Translations under genes and position numbers: made by a program
Shown: positions 40,032 through 49,799 of the stretch, piece after piece
Position numbering within the stretch: the stretch's first letter is position 1
Layout: every line of letters begins with the position of its first letter
Notes under the pieces: model-generated
The model's database searches: none
What the model saw: the letters and a program-made list of their open reading frames with translations, nothing else
Told to the model about the DNA's origin: nothing
Source of the DNA: Bacteroidota bacterium
GTDB taxonomy: Bacteria; Bacteroidota; Bacteroidia; NS11-12g; UBA955
NCBI GenBank assembly: GCA_005798825.1
Contig: SYIL01000030.1
Span: 17,798 to 81,797, forward strand
DNA: 64,000 nt
Reading direction: 5' to 3'

Positions 40032-40433
40032 ATGAATACTATTTGTAAAGTGGGTGATATACGAATATTTAGCAAGCTTGTATCGGCGGATGACTTGGCT
40101 ACATTTAACAAGGACAACATCCATCCATTTTATGCAACGTTTGCGATGGGTCGAGATGTGGAATGGGCCTGTCGCCAGTTTGTTTTAGAGATGAAAGACG
40201 AGGACGAAGAAGGGATTGGTACATTTTTGAATATTGTTCATAAATCTCCTGCTTTTCAAGGAGAATCAATTGAAATTCGGGCTACGCTTATGAAATTACA
40301 CGGAAATGATGTTCATTGCGCTTACTGTGTTTTTGTTGGTGAGCGTTTAATTGCTGAGGGTAGTCAAGGTCAAAAAATACTGAAAAAAGAAAAAATCCAG
40401 CGATTGATTCATCAGTTGCATGGTCATGGATAA
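40032..40433 (+). CDS. Hot-dog-fold thioesterase (FlK-like)
   Basis: HPFYATFAM..D.EWACR, EEGIGTFL.I.HKSPA, IAEGSQGQ. Confidence 0.8.
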   Translation: MNTICKVGDIRIFSKLVSADDLATFNKDNIHPFYATFAMGRDVEWACRQFVLEMKDEDEEGIGTFLNIVHKSPAFQGESIEIRATLMKLHGNDVHCAYCVFVGERLIAEGSQGQKILKKEKIQRLIHQLHGHG

Positions 40434-40557
40434 CCATGCTCCCATAAATTCTTGTTTTAATTGTTGTTTTCCCTGAAAGTTGCATTTTTGTAAATGCCCT
40501 CTGTGTAGTCCGAGTCAGTAGGGGGAAGGATTTTGCATAACTTTGTATAATTCACGC

Positions 40558-41019
40558 ATGTCATCCAAGGAAACCCAAAAAAATATTCAAATTGTCAATC
40601 GCAAGGCTGGCTTTAATTTTCATATTGAAGAGCGGTATGAAGCAGGCATGGTTTTGTTAGGGGGTGAGGTAAAATCAATTCGAAACAACAGTGTCAATAT
40701 GGGGGATGCCTATTGTGTATTTGAAGAAGGGGTTTTGTGGGTTAAAAACTTGCATATTTCAGAATTTAGGCAATCTAGCTATAACGCTTATGATCCCATG
40801 CGAAATCGCAAGCTACTGTTGAAGAAACAGCAGTTGAAAAGAATTGAGGCAAAAACAAAGACAAAAGGATATGCCATTTTTCCGATTCGTTTATTCGAAA
40901 ATGAACGTGGAATATTGAAGTTGGAAATCGGTTTGGGTCAGGGAAAAAAGACCTTTGACAAGCGGGATGATATCAAAGAAAGGGATATAGCCCGCGAGTT
41001 ACAACGCAATAAAATGTAG
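40558..41019 (+). CDS. smpB: SsrA-binding protein; start revised to ATG 40558
   Basis: NRKAGFNF, EAGMVL.G.EVKSIR, RKLLL, GKKTFDKR; -7 box TAACTTTG at 40538-40545. Confidence 0.97.
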   Translation: MSSKETQKNIQIVNRKAGFNFHIEERYEAGMVLLGGEVKSIRNNSVNMGDAYCVFEEGVLWVKNLHISEFRQSSYNAYDPMRNRKLLLKKQQLKRIEAKTKTKGYAIFPIRLFENERGILKLEIGLGQGKKTFDKRDDIKERDIARELQRNKM

Positions 41020-41116
41020 TTGATTTTTCTAATTGAGTGAATAGGATATTGGCCCAAGGGGTGCTAAAACGGAAACAAACGATTCGGGTTTGAATCAAAA
41101 TCCAAGCAATTAGGCA

Positions 41117-43000
41117 TCAATTGTATTTTATTTCCCAGAGGGTGCACCGCGATTGATCTAGAAATCGCTGCGGCCAGGGGTTTGTATCGAGATTTTTGTT
41201 TGAATTATTCGGGGCATTTGCATCAGGTATTGCGAGAATGCAATGCTTGATTTGATAGAAATTACACAGGTGTTTGAAATCATAGCCATGCGGGGTTTCA
41301 ATTAGTGGCATTAGGGAAGGCACCTGCGTTGGTCCGGCAATCCATTTGAAAATTTGTCCGCCCCCATTGTTCAAGACCACCAAACTCAGGTTTTGGGGCA
41401 ATGTGTTGGTCCACAATCCATGCGCATCGAAAATGGCAGAAACATCGCCCAATAGCGCCACACAATGTAGCTTCGGATTGGCCATCGCAAAGCCCATGGC
41501 GGTACTCAAAGAACCGTCGATGCCCGAAGTACCCCGATTGGCAAAAATGGTTGCGGTCGTATGGCCAGACCAGGAAGCATAACGGATACTCATCGAATTG
41601 CCAATCTGAAAAACAAATCGTCCATCGCAATGCTTTAAGAGTGCATTGACAGTCTCAAATTCTTGTTGAAAGGTACTCAGGCAATTGGGAAAGGGGTTGA
41701 TCGTTCCGAATTGGGAAAATACGCTCTGCCGAGCTGCTTGCATCATCGTTTGATGAGCCTCGGGCAAAGGTGGGTTTGACACGCTTGGGTTTTCAATAGA
41801 CTGAATGCTCGTAGAACGCTGCACCCATTCAATCCACTGTTGTTGGAAATCGTTATTGATTTGACGCAAAGTTTTATCCAGTGCAAATAGCCAGTCTACT
41901 TCGTGGTGATATAAATGGATGGGTTGTGAAGAAAATGGATCGCCGATGGGCGCTTGCAGTGGAGAAATATGATAGTGTTTTCGGGGTTTATGGTTGGTTA
42001 GCCACAATTTGAGTGGTTTGGATACCAAACCCATACCTATGGTGATCAGAATATGGGGCTGGTGCGCTTTGCTCAGGTCTTTGGCATTGAGCATGGCGAG
42101 GTCCCATTGTTCGATGCCGGTATGTTGTTGTTTCGAATTCACATCGGCCAGTACGGGTAACTTTTGTGCGATGGATTGAAGCGCCAGGGTGAGTTCCTTG
42201 TTGGAATGGTGCATTCCCACCACCACCAGAATTTTAGGCTGTGTGGGAGTGGTGTGTTGGAGAAAATCAGCCATATGAGATTCGTTTACCGGAAGGGGCG
42301 ATGGGCGATGAAAAACGAAAGGTTTAGTGGGTGTAATTTGTTGGAATGGCGATTCGATATCGGAGTAGATGGGATCGCGAAGGGGCAGGTTGATGTGAAC
42401 TGGGCCCGGGACGGGGTAAAGGGTTTGGGCGATGGCTTTTTGCAGTGTATTTTGCAGCTGGTTTAAGGTTCGGTTGATTTTGGATGTGGTTGTTTCTTCT
42501 CTAGGCGCACCAAAACCTTTTTTGCTTGGATTTTCTGGATCGAACACCCATTCAGCCTGAATGGGTGGCAGGTTGAAATTGCCTTGGGTATGGGGTTGAA
42601 AGAGGTTGGTCTGGTGTATGGTTTGACCATCCCATTGGTCTATAAGTTCGGGTGGACGGTCGGCGGTGATGACCAGCAGGGGCAGGCGTTGATAGTAGGC
42701 TTCGCATACTGCGGGATACAGGTTGGCGGCGGCTGTACCGGAGGTACAGATTACCCCTGCGGGGTAACGCGATCCCTGGGCTGCGCCCAGGGCCGCGAAC
42801 GCTGCCGCCCGCTCATCGGGAAAACTGTGCAATACAAATCCCCCGTGCTTGATCATAGAGGCTACCAGTGGCGCGTTGCGTGATCCAGGACTCACAAACC
42901 AAGTGCTTATGCCTGCCTCAGCCAAAACACAGGCAAAAAAATCCAACTGGATTTTGATGCCCGATACGCTTGGGTTTGGTATGTGAAAAGGATGTTTCAT
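41117..43000 (-). CDS. menD: SEPHCHC synthase (menaquinone biosynthesis), divergent and carrying insertions
   Basis: SPGSRNAPL, DERAAAF.ALG, CTSGTAAAN, TADRP, GPVHINLP, NRGTSGIDGS, GD...NNGGGQIF. Confidence 0.93.
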   Translation of the reverse strand: MKHPFHIPNPSVSGIKIQLDFFACVLAEAGISTWFVSPGSRNAPLVASMIKHGGFVLHSFPDERAAAFAALGAAQGSRYPAGVICTSGTAAANLYPAVCEAYYQRLPLLVITADRPPELIDQWDGQTIHQTNLFQPHTQGNFNLPPIQAEWVFDPENPSKKGFGAPREETTTSKINRTLNQLQNTLQKAIAQTLYPVPGPVHINLPLRDPIYSDIESPFQQITPTKPFVFHRPSPLPVNESHMADFLQHTTPTQPKILVVVGMHHSNKELTLALQSIAQKLPVLADVNSKQQHTGIEQWDLAMLNAKDLSKAHQPHILITIGMGLVSKPLKLWLTNHKPRKHYHISPLQAPIGDPFSSQPIHLYHHEVDWLFALDKTLRQINNDFQQQWIEWVQRSTSIQSIENPSVSNPPLPEAHQTMMQAARQSVFSQFGTINPFPNCLSTFQQEFETVNALLKHCDGRFVFQIGNSMSIRYASWSGHTTATIFANRGTSGIDGSLSTAMGFAMANPKLHCVALLGDVSAIFDAHGLWTNTLPQNLSLVVLNNGGGQIFKWIAGPTQVPSLMPLIETPHGYDFKHLCNFYQIKHCILAIPDANAPNNSNKNLDTNPWPQRFLDQSRCTLWEIKYN

Positions 43001-43638
43001 TATTTGAAAAAGGGATTACAGGCTTTTTCAAAGGCAACGGTGGTCGACGGGCCGTGTCCGCTGTGCAATGTGAAGTGTTCTGGCAAAGTAAAGATTTGTG
43101 AATCAATATTTTGCAATAGTTGATCGTGGTTTCCGCCGGGTAAATCGGTTCTACCGATGCTGCCTTTGAAAATCGTATCACCCACCAATGCCTGTTCACC
43201 TGCTATATCTACGAAAATAACATGTCCGGGGGCATGTCCGGGGACAAACCGCACCTGTAATTCGCCATTGCCAATGCGCACCACTTCGTCATGCGCCAGA
43301 GAGTTACTTGGAAAAGGTGAGGGAGTATATTGTAAATTCCACAACGTCGCCATATTCTCGGAGCGATCAATCATAACGATGTCTGCAGGGTGTAAATAAT
43401 ATGGTAAATTATACATCTGTTTTAGCCACCAATTGCCAAATATATGGTCGATGTGGGCGTGTGTGCCCAAGAGTAAAGTCGGTTTTAGTAAGTGCGTATC
43501 AATAAAATCTTGCACTTGCTGTTGCTCGCAGGAATCGTACATACCAGCATCCACAATGGCGCAGGCCAGAGTTTCTTCACACCAGATGAGATAGGTGTTT
43601 TCTTGCAAGGGGTTGAACGTAAACCTTTTCAATTTCAT
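43000..43638 (-). CDS. MBL-fold metallo-hydrolase (glyoxalase II-like); start revised to ATG 43638
   Basis: THAHIDH, PGHAPGH, GD.IFKGSIGRTDLPGG, GHG; -7 box TACCTTTG at 43643-43650. Confidence 0.93.
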   Translation of the reverse strand: MKLKRFTFNPLQENTYLIWCEETLACAIVDAGMYDSCEQQQVQDFIDTHLLKPTLLLGTHAHIDHIFGNWWLKQMYNLPYYLHPADIVMIDRSENMATLWNLQYTPSPFPSNSLAHDEVVRIGNGELQVRFVPGHAPGHVIFVDIAGEQALVGDTIFKGSIGRTDLPGGNHDQLLQNIDSQIFTLPEHFTLHSGHGPSTTVAFEKACNPFFK

Positions 43639-43738
43639 GTTGCAAAGGTAAGCTTGTAACAAAAACGGCGGACACAAACCCACTTTTTTGTTGCGATGTG
43701 ATTTTCGCCAAGGGGTGAAGATTCAAAGTGAGAATGGA

Positions 43739-45127
43739 TTATAAGTGGATGCACTCACCATAGGCCTGCGCAACGGCTTCCATCACCGCTTCGCTCATGG
43801 TTGGATGGGGGTGGACACTCTTCAAAATTTCTAAACCTGTGGTTTCCAAATTCCGGGCTACAACGGCTTCAATGATAATGTCTGTAACACCCTCACCCAC
43901 CATGTGACAACCCAGCCATTCACCATATTTTTTGTCAAAAATCACTTTCACAAAACCTTCTTTATGACCGCCAGCAGAAGCCTTTCCACTCGCGCTGAAG
44001 GGAAACTTCCCAACGATAATATCATAGCCTTTTTCTTTGGCTTGTGCTTCGGTGTAACCTACGCTGGCCACTTCGGGGTGGGTATAGGTACAGCCTGGAA
44101 TATTTCCGTAATTCAAGGGTGAAGGATGGTGACCACTAATGGCCTCCACACATATGATTCCCTCGGCGCTGGCTACGTGAGCCAATGCAGGCCCCGGAAC
44201 GATATCTCCGATGGCATAGATGCCTGGAGCAGAAGTGCGGTAGAAATCATCTACAATTACTTTTCCCTTGTCGATTTTAATTCCCATTTCTTCTAATCCC
44301 AAATTCTCAAGGTTTGTTTGAACACCCGCGGCACTTAATACGATATCAGATTCCAATGAAATTTCGCCGGTTTTGGTTTTTACTGTAACAAAACAGCGAT
44401 TTTTTTGAACCACAACCTTTTCTACACTACTGTCGGTCATTACAGTAATACCGCGTTTTTTGTATACACTCGACATTGCTTTGCTTACATCCTCATCTTC
44501 TATGGGAAGAATTCGGGGCATAAATTCCACGATGGTTACTGTTGTTCCAATACTTGCATAAAAATAGGCAAACTCCATTCCGATTGCACCGGAGCCAATA
44601 ATTATCATTTCCTTGGGTTGTTTTGGCAAAACCATCGCTTCTCGGTATCCAACAATATGCGTTCCATCCATTTTGATATTGGGCAATTCTCGGCTCCGAG
44701 ATCCAGTAGAGAGAATAATGTGTTCGGCTTCGAGAATAAAGTTTTTCCCCTCAGAATCGTTGATGGAAATCTTGCCTTTACCAGCCAGTTTAGCTGTGCC
44801 TTTAACTACTTCAATGGCATTTTTTTTCATTAGATATGCAATGCCTTTACTCATGCCATCAGCGATTCCGCGAGAGCGTTTTACCATCCCATCGAAATCT
44901 ACTTTGGGGTTTGAAACTGTGATGCCGAAGTCAGTCGCATGGTTTATGTAATCGAATACTTGAGCACTTTTTAACAAGGCTTTTGTTGGGATACATCCCC
45001 AATTTAAACAAACACCGCCAAGCTCTGCTTTTTCGATAATGGCTACGCTTTTTCCCAATTGGGCAGCACGGATAGCAGCAACGTATCCACCCGGACCGCT
45101 TCCAATAATTGCAATATCAAATTTCAT
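43739..45127 (-). CDS. lpdA: Dihydrolipoyl dehydrogenase; start revised to ATG 45127
   Basis: GSGPGGY, GGVCLNWGCIPTK, HPHPTMSE; -7 box TATCTTTG at 45154-45161. Confidence 0.97.
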   Translation of the reverse strand: MKFDIAIIGSGPGGYVAAIRAAQLGKSVAIIEKAELGGVCLNWGCIPTKALLKSAQVFDYINHATDFGITVSNPKVDFDGMVKRSRGIADGMSKGIAYLMKKNAIEVVKGTAKLAGKGKISINDSEGKNFILEAEHIILSTGSRSRELPNIKMDGTHIVGYREAMVLPKQPKEMIIIGSGAIGMEFAYFYASIGTTVTIVEFMPRILPIEDEDVSKAMSSVYKKRGITVMTDSSVEKVVVQKNRCFVTVKTKTGEISLESDIVLSAAGVQTNLENLGLEEMGIKIDKGKVIVDDFYRTSAPGIYAIGDIVPGPALAHVASAEGIICVEAISGHHPSPLNYGNIPGCTYTHPEVASVGYTEAQAKEKGYDIIVGKFPFSASGKASAGGHKEGFVKVIFDKKYGEWLGCHMVGEGVTDIIIEAVVARNLETTGLEILKSVHPHPTMSEAVMEAVAQAYGECIHL

Positions 45128-45176
45128 AGATTGTAGTGTGTTAAATAATGACGCAAAGATAATAAATTCATTTGAA

Positions 45177-46760
45177 TCAGACAGAAAACTCGTTGCTTGT
45201 ATAGAAAGAAATGTCGGGGTATTTCTCTTCAGCCATTCTGAGAATGAACCCAGTTTCTGCCAAAAAAACAGGTCGTTCATCTTTGTCGTATGCGATGTTA
45301 TTTTGCCGGTATTTCATGAAATCTTTCAGATTTTGTTCGAGGCCTTCAATCCAGCAAGCTTTGTAAATACTGCGGGACTCGAATCGGCATTTAGCCCCGT
45401 ATTCATGCTCTAAGCGATATTGTAATACTTCAAATTGTAGCTCACCCACCGTGCCTACAAATTTTCTGTTTCCGAGTTCTTGGACAAATAAACTGGCCAA
45501 GCCCTCATCTGTTAATTGCTGTATCCCTTTTTCTAGCTGTTTGCTTTTCATTGGGTCTATATTGATTAATTCTTTAAAAATTTCAGGAGAAAAACTGGGT
45601 ATGCCCTTGAACATAAAATGTTCTCCTTCGCTGAGTGTATCTCCGATTTTGAAGTTGCCGGTATCATATAATCCAACGACATCCCCAGGATATGCATCAT
45701 TCATCACTTCCTTTGATTGTGCCAGGAAAAGGTAAGGATTGGCAAATTTCATCTGTTTATTAAGTCGCACATGGGTAAAATTTTTGTTCCGTTCAAATTT
45801 TCCACTGCATACCCGTAAAAAAGCAATTCGATCTCGGTGTTTTGGATCGAGGTTGGCGTGAATTTTAAACACAAATCCTGAAAATTTTGGTTCGTTGGGT
45901 TCAACATTTCGTTTTGTGGTAGCTCTGGCCAATGGGTTTGGTGCAATTTCGATAAATGTGTCAAGTAATTCTTGTATTCCGAAGCTATTCAATGCTGAAC
46001 CAAAAAATATGGGTGCTGTTTTTGCATTGAGGTAGTCTTCGTCAGACAGTTTGCCATAAACACCATCTATGAGCTCAATATCCTCTCGTAATTTGGCAGC
46101 ATCTTTCTTGTTCAGAAGGCTATCTATCTTTGGGTCTTCTAAACCCTTGATCTTTACCACATCATCTGTAACCTTGGTTTTGCTACTCTCAAATAAGTTC
46201 AGCGAGTGGTTGCTCATGAGGTAAACCCCTTTGAAATCTCGCCCTCCATTAATGGGCCATGTCATTGGGTGAACGGCAATATTGAGTTTTATTTCGAGTT
46301 CTTCAAGCAAATCAAAAGGGTCTTTTCCATCACGATCCATTTTATTAACAAACACAATCACGGGGTGATTGCGCATTCTGCAAACCTCCATGAGTTTTTC
46401 AGTTTGTTCTTCAACCCCCTTTACACAATCGATAACCAAGATCACACTGTCCACAGCTGTTAGGGTGCGATAGGTGTCTTCAGCAAAGTCTTTATGACCT
46501 GGTGTATCCAAAATATTGATCCACTTTTCTTTGTAGGGAAAAGTCATTACTGAGGTCGCAACAGAAATACCTCTTTGCTTTTCGATTTCCATAAAATCTG
46601 AGGTGGTTGCCTTGGTGATTTTGTTGCTTTTAACGGCACCCGCAGTTTGAATTTGGCCACCAAACAATAAGAATTTTTCTGTTAAAGTAGTTTTACCTGC
46701 ATCGGGGTGAGCGATGATAGCAAACGTTTTTCTTTTTGCAATTTCCGATTCGTATGCCAT
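45177..46760 (-). CDS. prfC: Peptide chain release factor 3
   Basis: [33 protein letters not shown]; -7 box TAAATTTG at 46772-46779. Confidence 0.98.
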   Translation of the reverse strand: MAYESEIAKRKTFAIIAHPDAGKTTLTEKFLLFGGQIQTAGAVKSNKITKATTSDFMEIEKQRGISVATSVMTFPYKEKWINILDTPGHKDFAEDTYRTLTAVDSVILVIDCVKGVEEQTEKLMEVCRMRNHPVIVFVNKMDRDGKDPFDLLEELEIKLNIAVHPMTWPINGGRDFKGVYLMSNHSLNLFESSKTKVTDDVVKIKGLEDPKIDSLLNKKDAAKLREDIELIDGVYGKLSDEDYLNAKTAPIFFGSALNSFGIQELLDTFIEIAPNPLARATTKRNVEPNEPKFSGFVFKIHANLDPKHRDRIAFLRVCSGKFERNKNFTHVRLNKQMKFANPYLFLAQSKEVMNDAYPGDVVGLYDTGNFKIGDTLSEGEHFMFKGIPSFSPEIFKELINIDPMKSKQLEKGIQQLTDEGLASLFVQELGNRKFVGTVGELQFEVLQYRLEHEYGAKCRFESRSIYKACWIEGLEQNLKDFMKYRQNNIAYDKDERPVFLAETGFILRMAEEKYPDISFYTSNEFSV

Positions 46761-46949
46761 AAATTGGGTCGCAAATTTAGTGAATTGGTATATAATCTGA
46801 TACTATACAGACGCTGCTTAATTTGCGAATTCCATTCCTGTATTGCGATGAATAAAGCTCTTTTGATGAAGAGTTTACAAAAACAAAATAGACAATGACA
46901 GTGAGTTATGAATTATTATGACGAAATTTGCGAACTTTTTAACAGCTAC

Positions 46950-48767
46950 ATGACAGTTTTAATCAGAAATATAGCCATTATCGCACACGTTGACCATGGT
47001 AAAACCACACTGGTCGACAAAATGTTACACCAAGCCCGCTTGTTCCGTGATAACCAAGAAATTGGGGAGTTGATCCTAGACAATAACGATTTGGAGCGTG
47101 AGCGTGGCATCACTATTTTGGCCAAAAACGTGAGTGTTCAATGGCAGGGTGTTAAAATCAATATCATTGACACGCCAGGACACGCCGATTTTGGGGGTGA
47201 GGTAGAAAGGGTTTTAAATATGGCAGACGGAGTATTGCTTCTGGTTGACGCCTTTGAAGGCCCTATGCCACAAACCCGTTTTGTATTGCAGAAGGCATTG
47301 AATTTGGGTAAAAAAGCCATTGTTGTTGTTAATAAAGTTGATAAACCCAATTGTGATCCTGACAAAACACATGATGAAATATTCGATTTGTTTTACAATC
47401 TTGGCGCGAATGAGGAGCAGTTAGATTTTACAACAGTTTTCGGATCCGGTAAACAGGGTTGGTTTGGCCCAGATTGGAGATCTCAAACCCCCGATCTTGC
47501 ATTTTTAATGGATACAATTTTGAAGGTTATACCTGCCCCAGTTCAACGCCATGGAACTCCTCAATTGCAGATTACCAGTTTAGATTACAGTAGTTATACC
47601 GGTCGAATTGCTGTGGGTCGCCTGCACCGCGGGATGTTAAAAGTGAATATGCCCGTTTCATTGGTCAAGCGCAATGAAAAAGTAGAAAAATCTCGTATAA
47701 AAGAATTATTCATCTTTGATGGTCTGGGTAAACGAAAAGTAACTGAAGTTACTTGCGGAGATATTTGCGCAATTACAGGCATTGAAAATTTTGAGATTGG
47801 AGACACAATCGCTGATTTTGAAAACCCCGAGGCTATGCCCAGTCTTAACATTGACGAGCCAACGATGAGTATGCTTTTTACCATCAACAATAGCCCGTTC
47901 TTTGGCAAGGAAGGCAAACATGTAACCAGTCAAAAAATACGGGAGCGTCTGATGAAAGAAACCGAAAAGAATTTGGCTTTGCGGGTCGAAGAAACCAACA
48001 GTGCGGAGCAATTTTTGGTGTTTGGAAGGGGAATTCTCCATTTGGGTGTATTGGTTGAAACCATGCGTAGAGAAGGCTATGAATTACAACTTGGGCAACC
48101 CCGTGTTATTATAAAGACAATCAATGGAAAAACCTGTGAGCCAATCGAAGTACTTACTGTAGATGTCCCCGACCATCACACTGGCAAAGTAATTGAATAT
48201 GCAAGTCAGCGCAAAGGTGAAATGACAAGCATGTTGCCAAAGGGAGACATGGTACGATTGGAATTTGATATCCCCTCGCGAGGTCTGATTGGTTTGCGTA
48301 ACAATTTGCTGACTGCAACCCAAGGAGAAGCTATTATGGCACACAGGCTTAAGAGTTACGAGCCTTGGAAAGGAACAATGCCTATGCGTTTTAATGGTGT
48401 TTTGATTAGCAAAGAAAAAGGTCCAGCAACTCCTTACAGCATGGACAAATTAAAAGAACGTGGTAATTTCTTCATTCATTCAGGATCTGAAGTGTATACC
48501 GGCCAAATTATTGGAGAACATATAAAACCTGGTGATTTGGTTATCAATCTTTGTATTGCAAAACAAATGACAAATTTCAGGGCAGCAGGGAAGGACGACA
48601 ATACAATGTTGGCACCGCCAAGAATTTTTGACCTGGAAGAAGCGATGGAGTATATCCAAGAAGACGAATTTGTTGAGGTAACTCCCGAAAATATTCGTTT
48701 GCGAAAAATATACCTTGATGAGAACGAACGCAAACGTGCATCCCCCAAAATGGTTGTGGAAGCATAG
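46950..48767 (+). CDS. typA: Translational GTPase TypA/BipA; start revised to ATG 46950
   Basis: RNIAIIAHVDHGKTTLVD, ERERGITILAKN, DTPGHADFGGEVER, EVTPENIRLRK. Confidence 0.98.
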   Translation: MTVLIRNIAIIAHVDHGKTTLVDKMLHQARLFRDNQEIGELILDNNDLERERGITILAKNVSVQWQGVKINIIDTPGHADFGGEVERVLNMADGVLLLVDAFEGPMPQTRFVLQKALNLGKKAIVVVNKVDKPNCDPDKTHDEIFDLFYNLGANEEQLDFTTVFGSGKQGWFGPDWRSQTPDLAFLMDTILKVIPAPVQRHGTPQLQITSLDYSSYTGRIAVGRLHRGMLKVNMPVSLVKRNEKVEKSRIKELFIFDGLGKRKVTEVTCGDICAITGIENFEIGDTIADFENPEAMPSLNIDEPTMSMLFTINNSPFFGKEGKHVTSQKIRERLMKETEKNLALRVEETNSAEQFLVFGRGILHLGVLVETMRREGYELQLGQPRVIIKTINGKTCEPIEVLTVDVPDHHTGKVIEYASQRKGEMTSMLPKGDMVRLEFDIPSRGLIGLRNNLLTATQGEAIMAHRLKSYEPWKGTMPMRFNGVLISKEKGPATPYSMDKLKERGNFFIHSGSEVYTGQIIGEHIKPGDLVINLCIAKQMTNFRAAGKDDNTMLAPPRIFDLEEAMEYIQEDEFVEVTPENIRLRKIYLDENERKRASPKMVVEA

Positions 48768-48863
48768 TTTTAAAAAATATTTTTTTTCAAAGTGTTCATT
48801 TTCTTGAACAATACGACTTTAAGGAGCAAGTATCCATTGCTTAATTCGATATTTGTATCCTAA

Positions 48864-49799
48864 ATGACGTTCGCTTCATTAACGATAGCCTTGGGTTCTT
48901 TTTTTGCCGAACCATATCCTGTCGTAAAGCATATAGATAGTAATGAATACAGAACCATTCGCGTTGGAGCGGATTTTGGGGCATCACTGTTATTTTCAGG
49001 AGCATCGCCCAATTGGTCGAGTGGTGGATCAAACAATATCAATGCAAATGGATTTATAATTGCATTTGCCCAGATCAAGAGGCCCAATACAAGTTTTGAC
49101 AACATACTTAAAGTCAATATTGGGTGGTTGTCATCCCGTCAAGTCGATAATTTTAATGTCAAATATAGAGTCAATAAAAAAACCCTCGACAATGTATTCT
49201 TAGACTGTAAGTTTGGTCATACGATAAACGCAGAACCTGGAATGTCTATTTTTGGAGGGTTGAATTTTCAAACCCAATTATTGGATGGATATACCTATTC
49301 CCGTAATTCCGTAGGTAGGGAGGTTGCCGTATTAAATTCAGGGTTTCTAAGTCAGGGTCAAACCCAATTTGCATTGGGTATAGAATACAAACCGCTTCCT
49401 TCATTTTATTGTAGATTGGGTTGTCTCACACTAAAACAGACCTATATGATCAATCAGTTGCTCTATTCAATCAGAAATGAGCAAATTATTGCCAGGGTAA
49501 AGAAAGAACAATATCTAGACAACCAATTGGGGGTTCAATTTCAACTTGGATCTCAACACGATTTTGGAATAACGAAGCAAGTGAGTGTGAAGATCAATTA
49601 CCTGGGATTTGCACCCTATGTTAGCGATGAAGCAAGTTTAGACAGCCGCCTTGATTTTTCATTGATTACCAAAATAACGAAACACATTAACCTAAATTAT
49701 ACCCTAATTGGAATATATGACAAAGATTTGGTTAAATCAGGTGCCAATGCATGGCAAAACTCTTGGTTATGCGGTTTGGGTTATATTCACTCGTTTTAA
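48864..49799 (+). CDS. DUF3078-like outer-membrane beta-barrel protein
   Basis: NWSSGG.N, LNFQTQLLDGY, IYDKD, C-terminal GLGYIHSF. Confidence 0.7.
   Translation: MTFASLTIALGSFFAEPYPVVKHIDSNEYRTIRVGADFGASLLFSGASPNWSSGGSNNINANGFIIAFAQIKRPNTSFDNILKVNIGWLSSRQVDNFNVKYRVNKKTLDNVFLDCKFGHTINAEPGMSIFGGLNFQTQLLDGYTYSRNSVGREVAVLNSGFLSQGQTQFALGIEYKPLPSFYCRLGCLTLKQTYMINQLLYSIRNEQIIARVKKEQYLDNQLGVQFQLGSQHDFGITKQVSVKINYLGFAPYVSDEASLDSRLDFSLITKITKHINLNYTLIGIYDKDLVKSGANAWQNSWLCGLGYIHSF

Noticed and set aside
40434..40557. tmRNA next to smpB
   Set aside because: The region is too short and lacks the tRNA-like ends.
43221..43243. Direct repeat catgtccgggg x2
   Set aside because: Explained by the conserved PGHAPGH peptide of the MBL-fold hydrolase.
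45128..45280. N-terminal extension of lpdA overlapping prfC
   Set aside because: The canonical start MKFDIAIIGSG is at 45127 with a -7 box upstream, so the extension is an ORF-calling artefact. The same applies to the longer starts given for 10268, 19147, 25302, 33614, 38565, 43683 and 46908.
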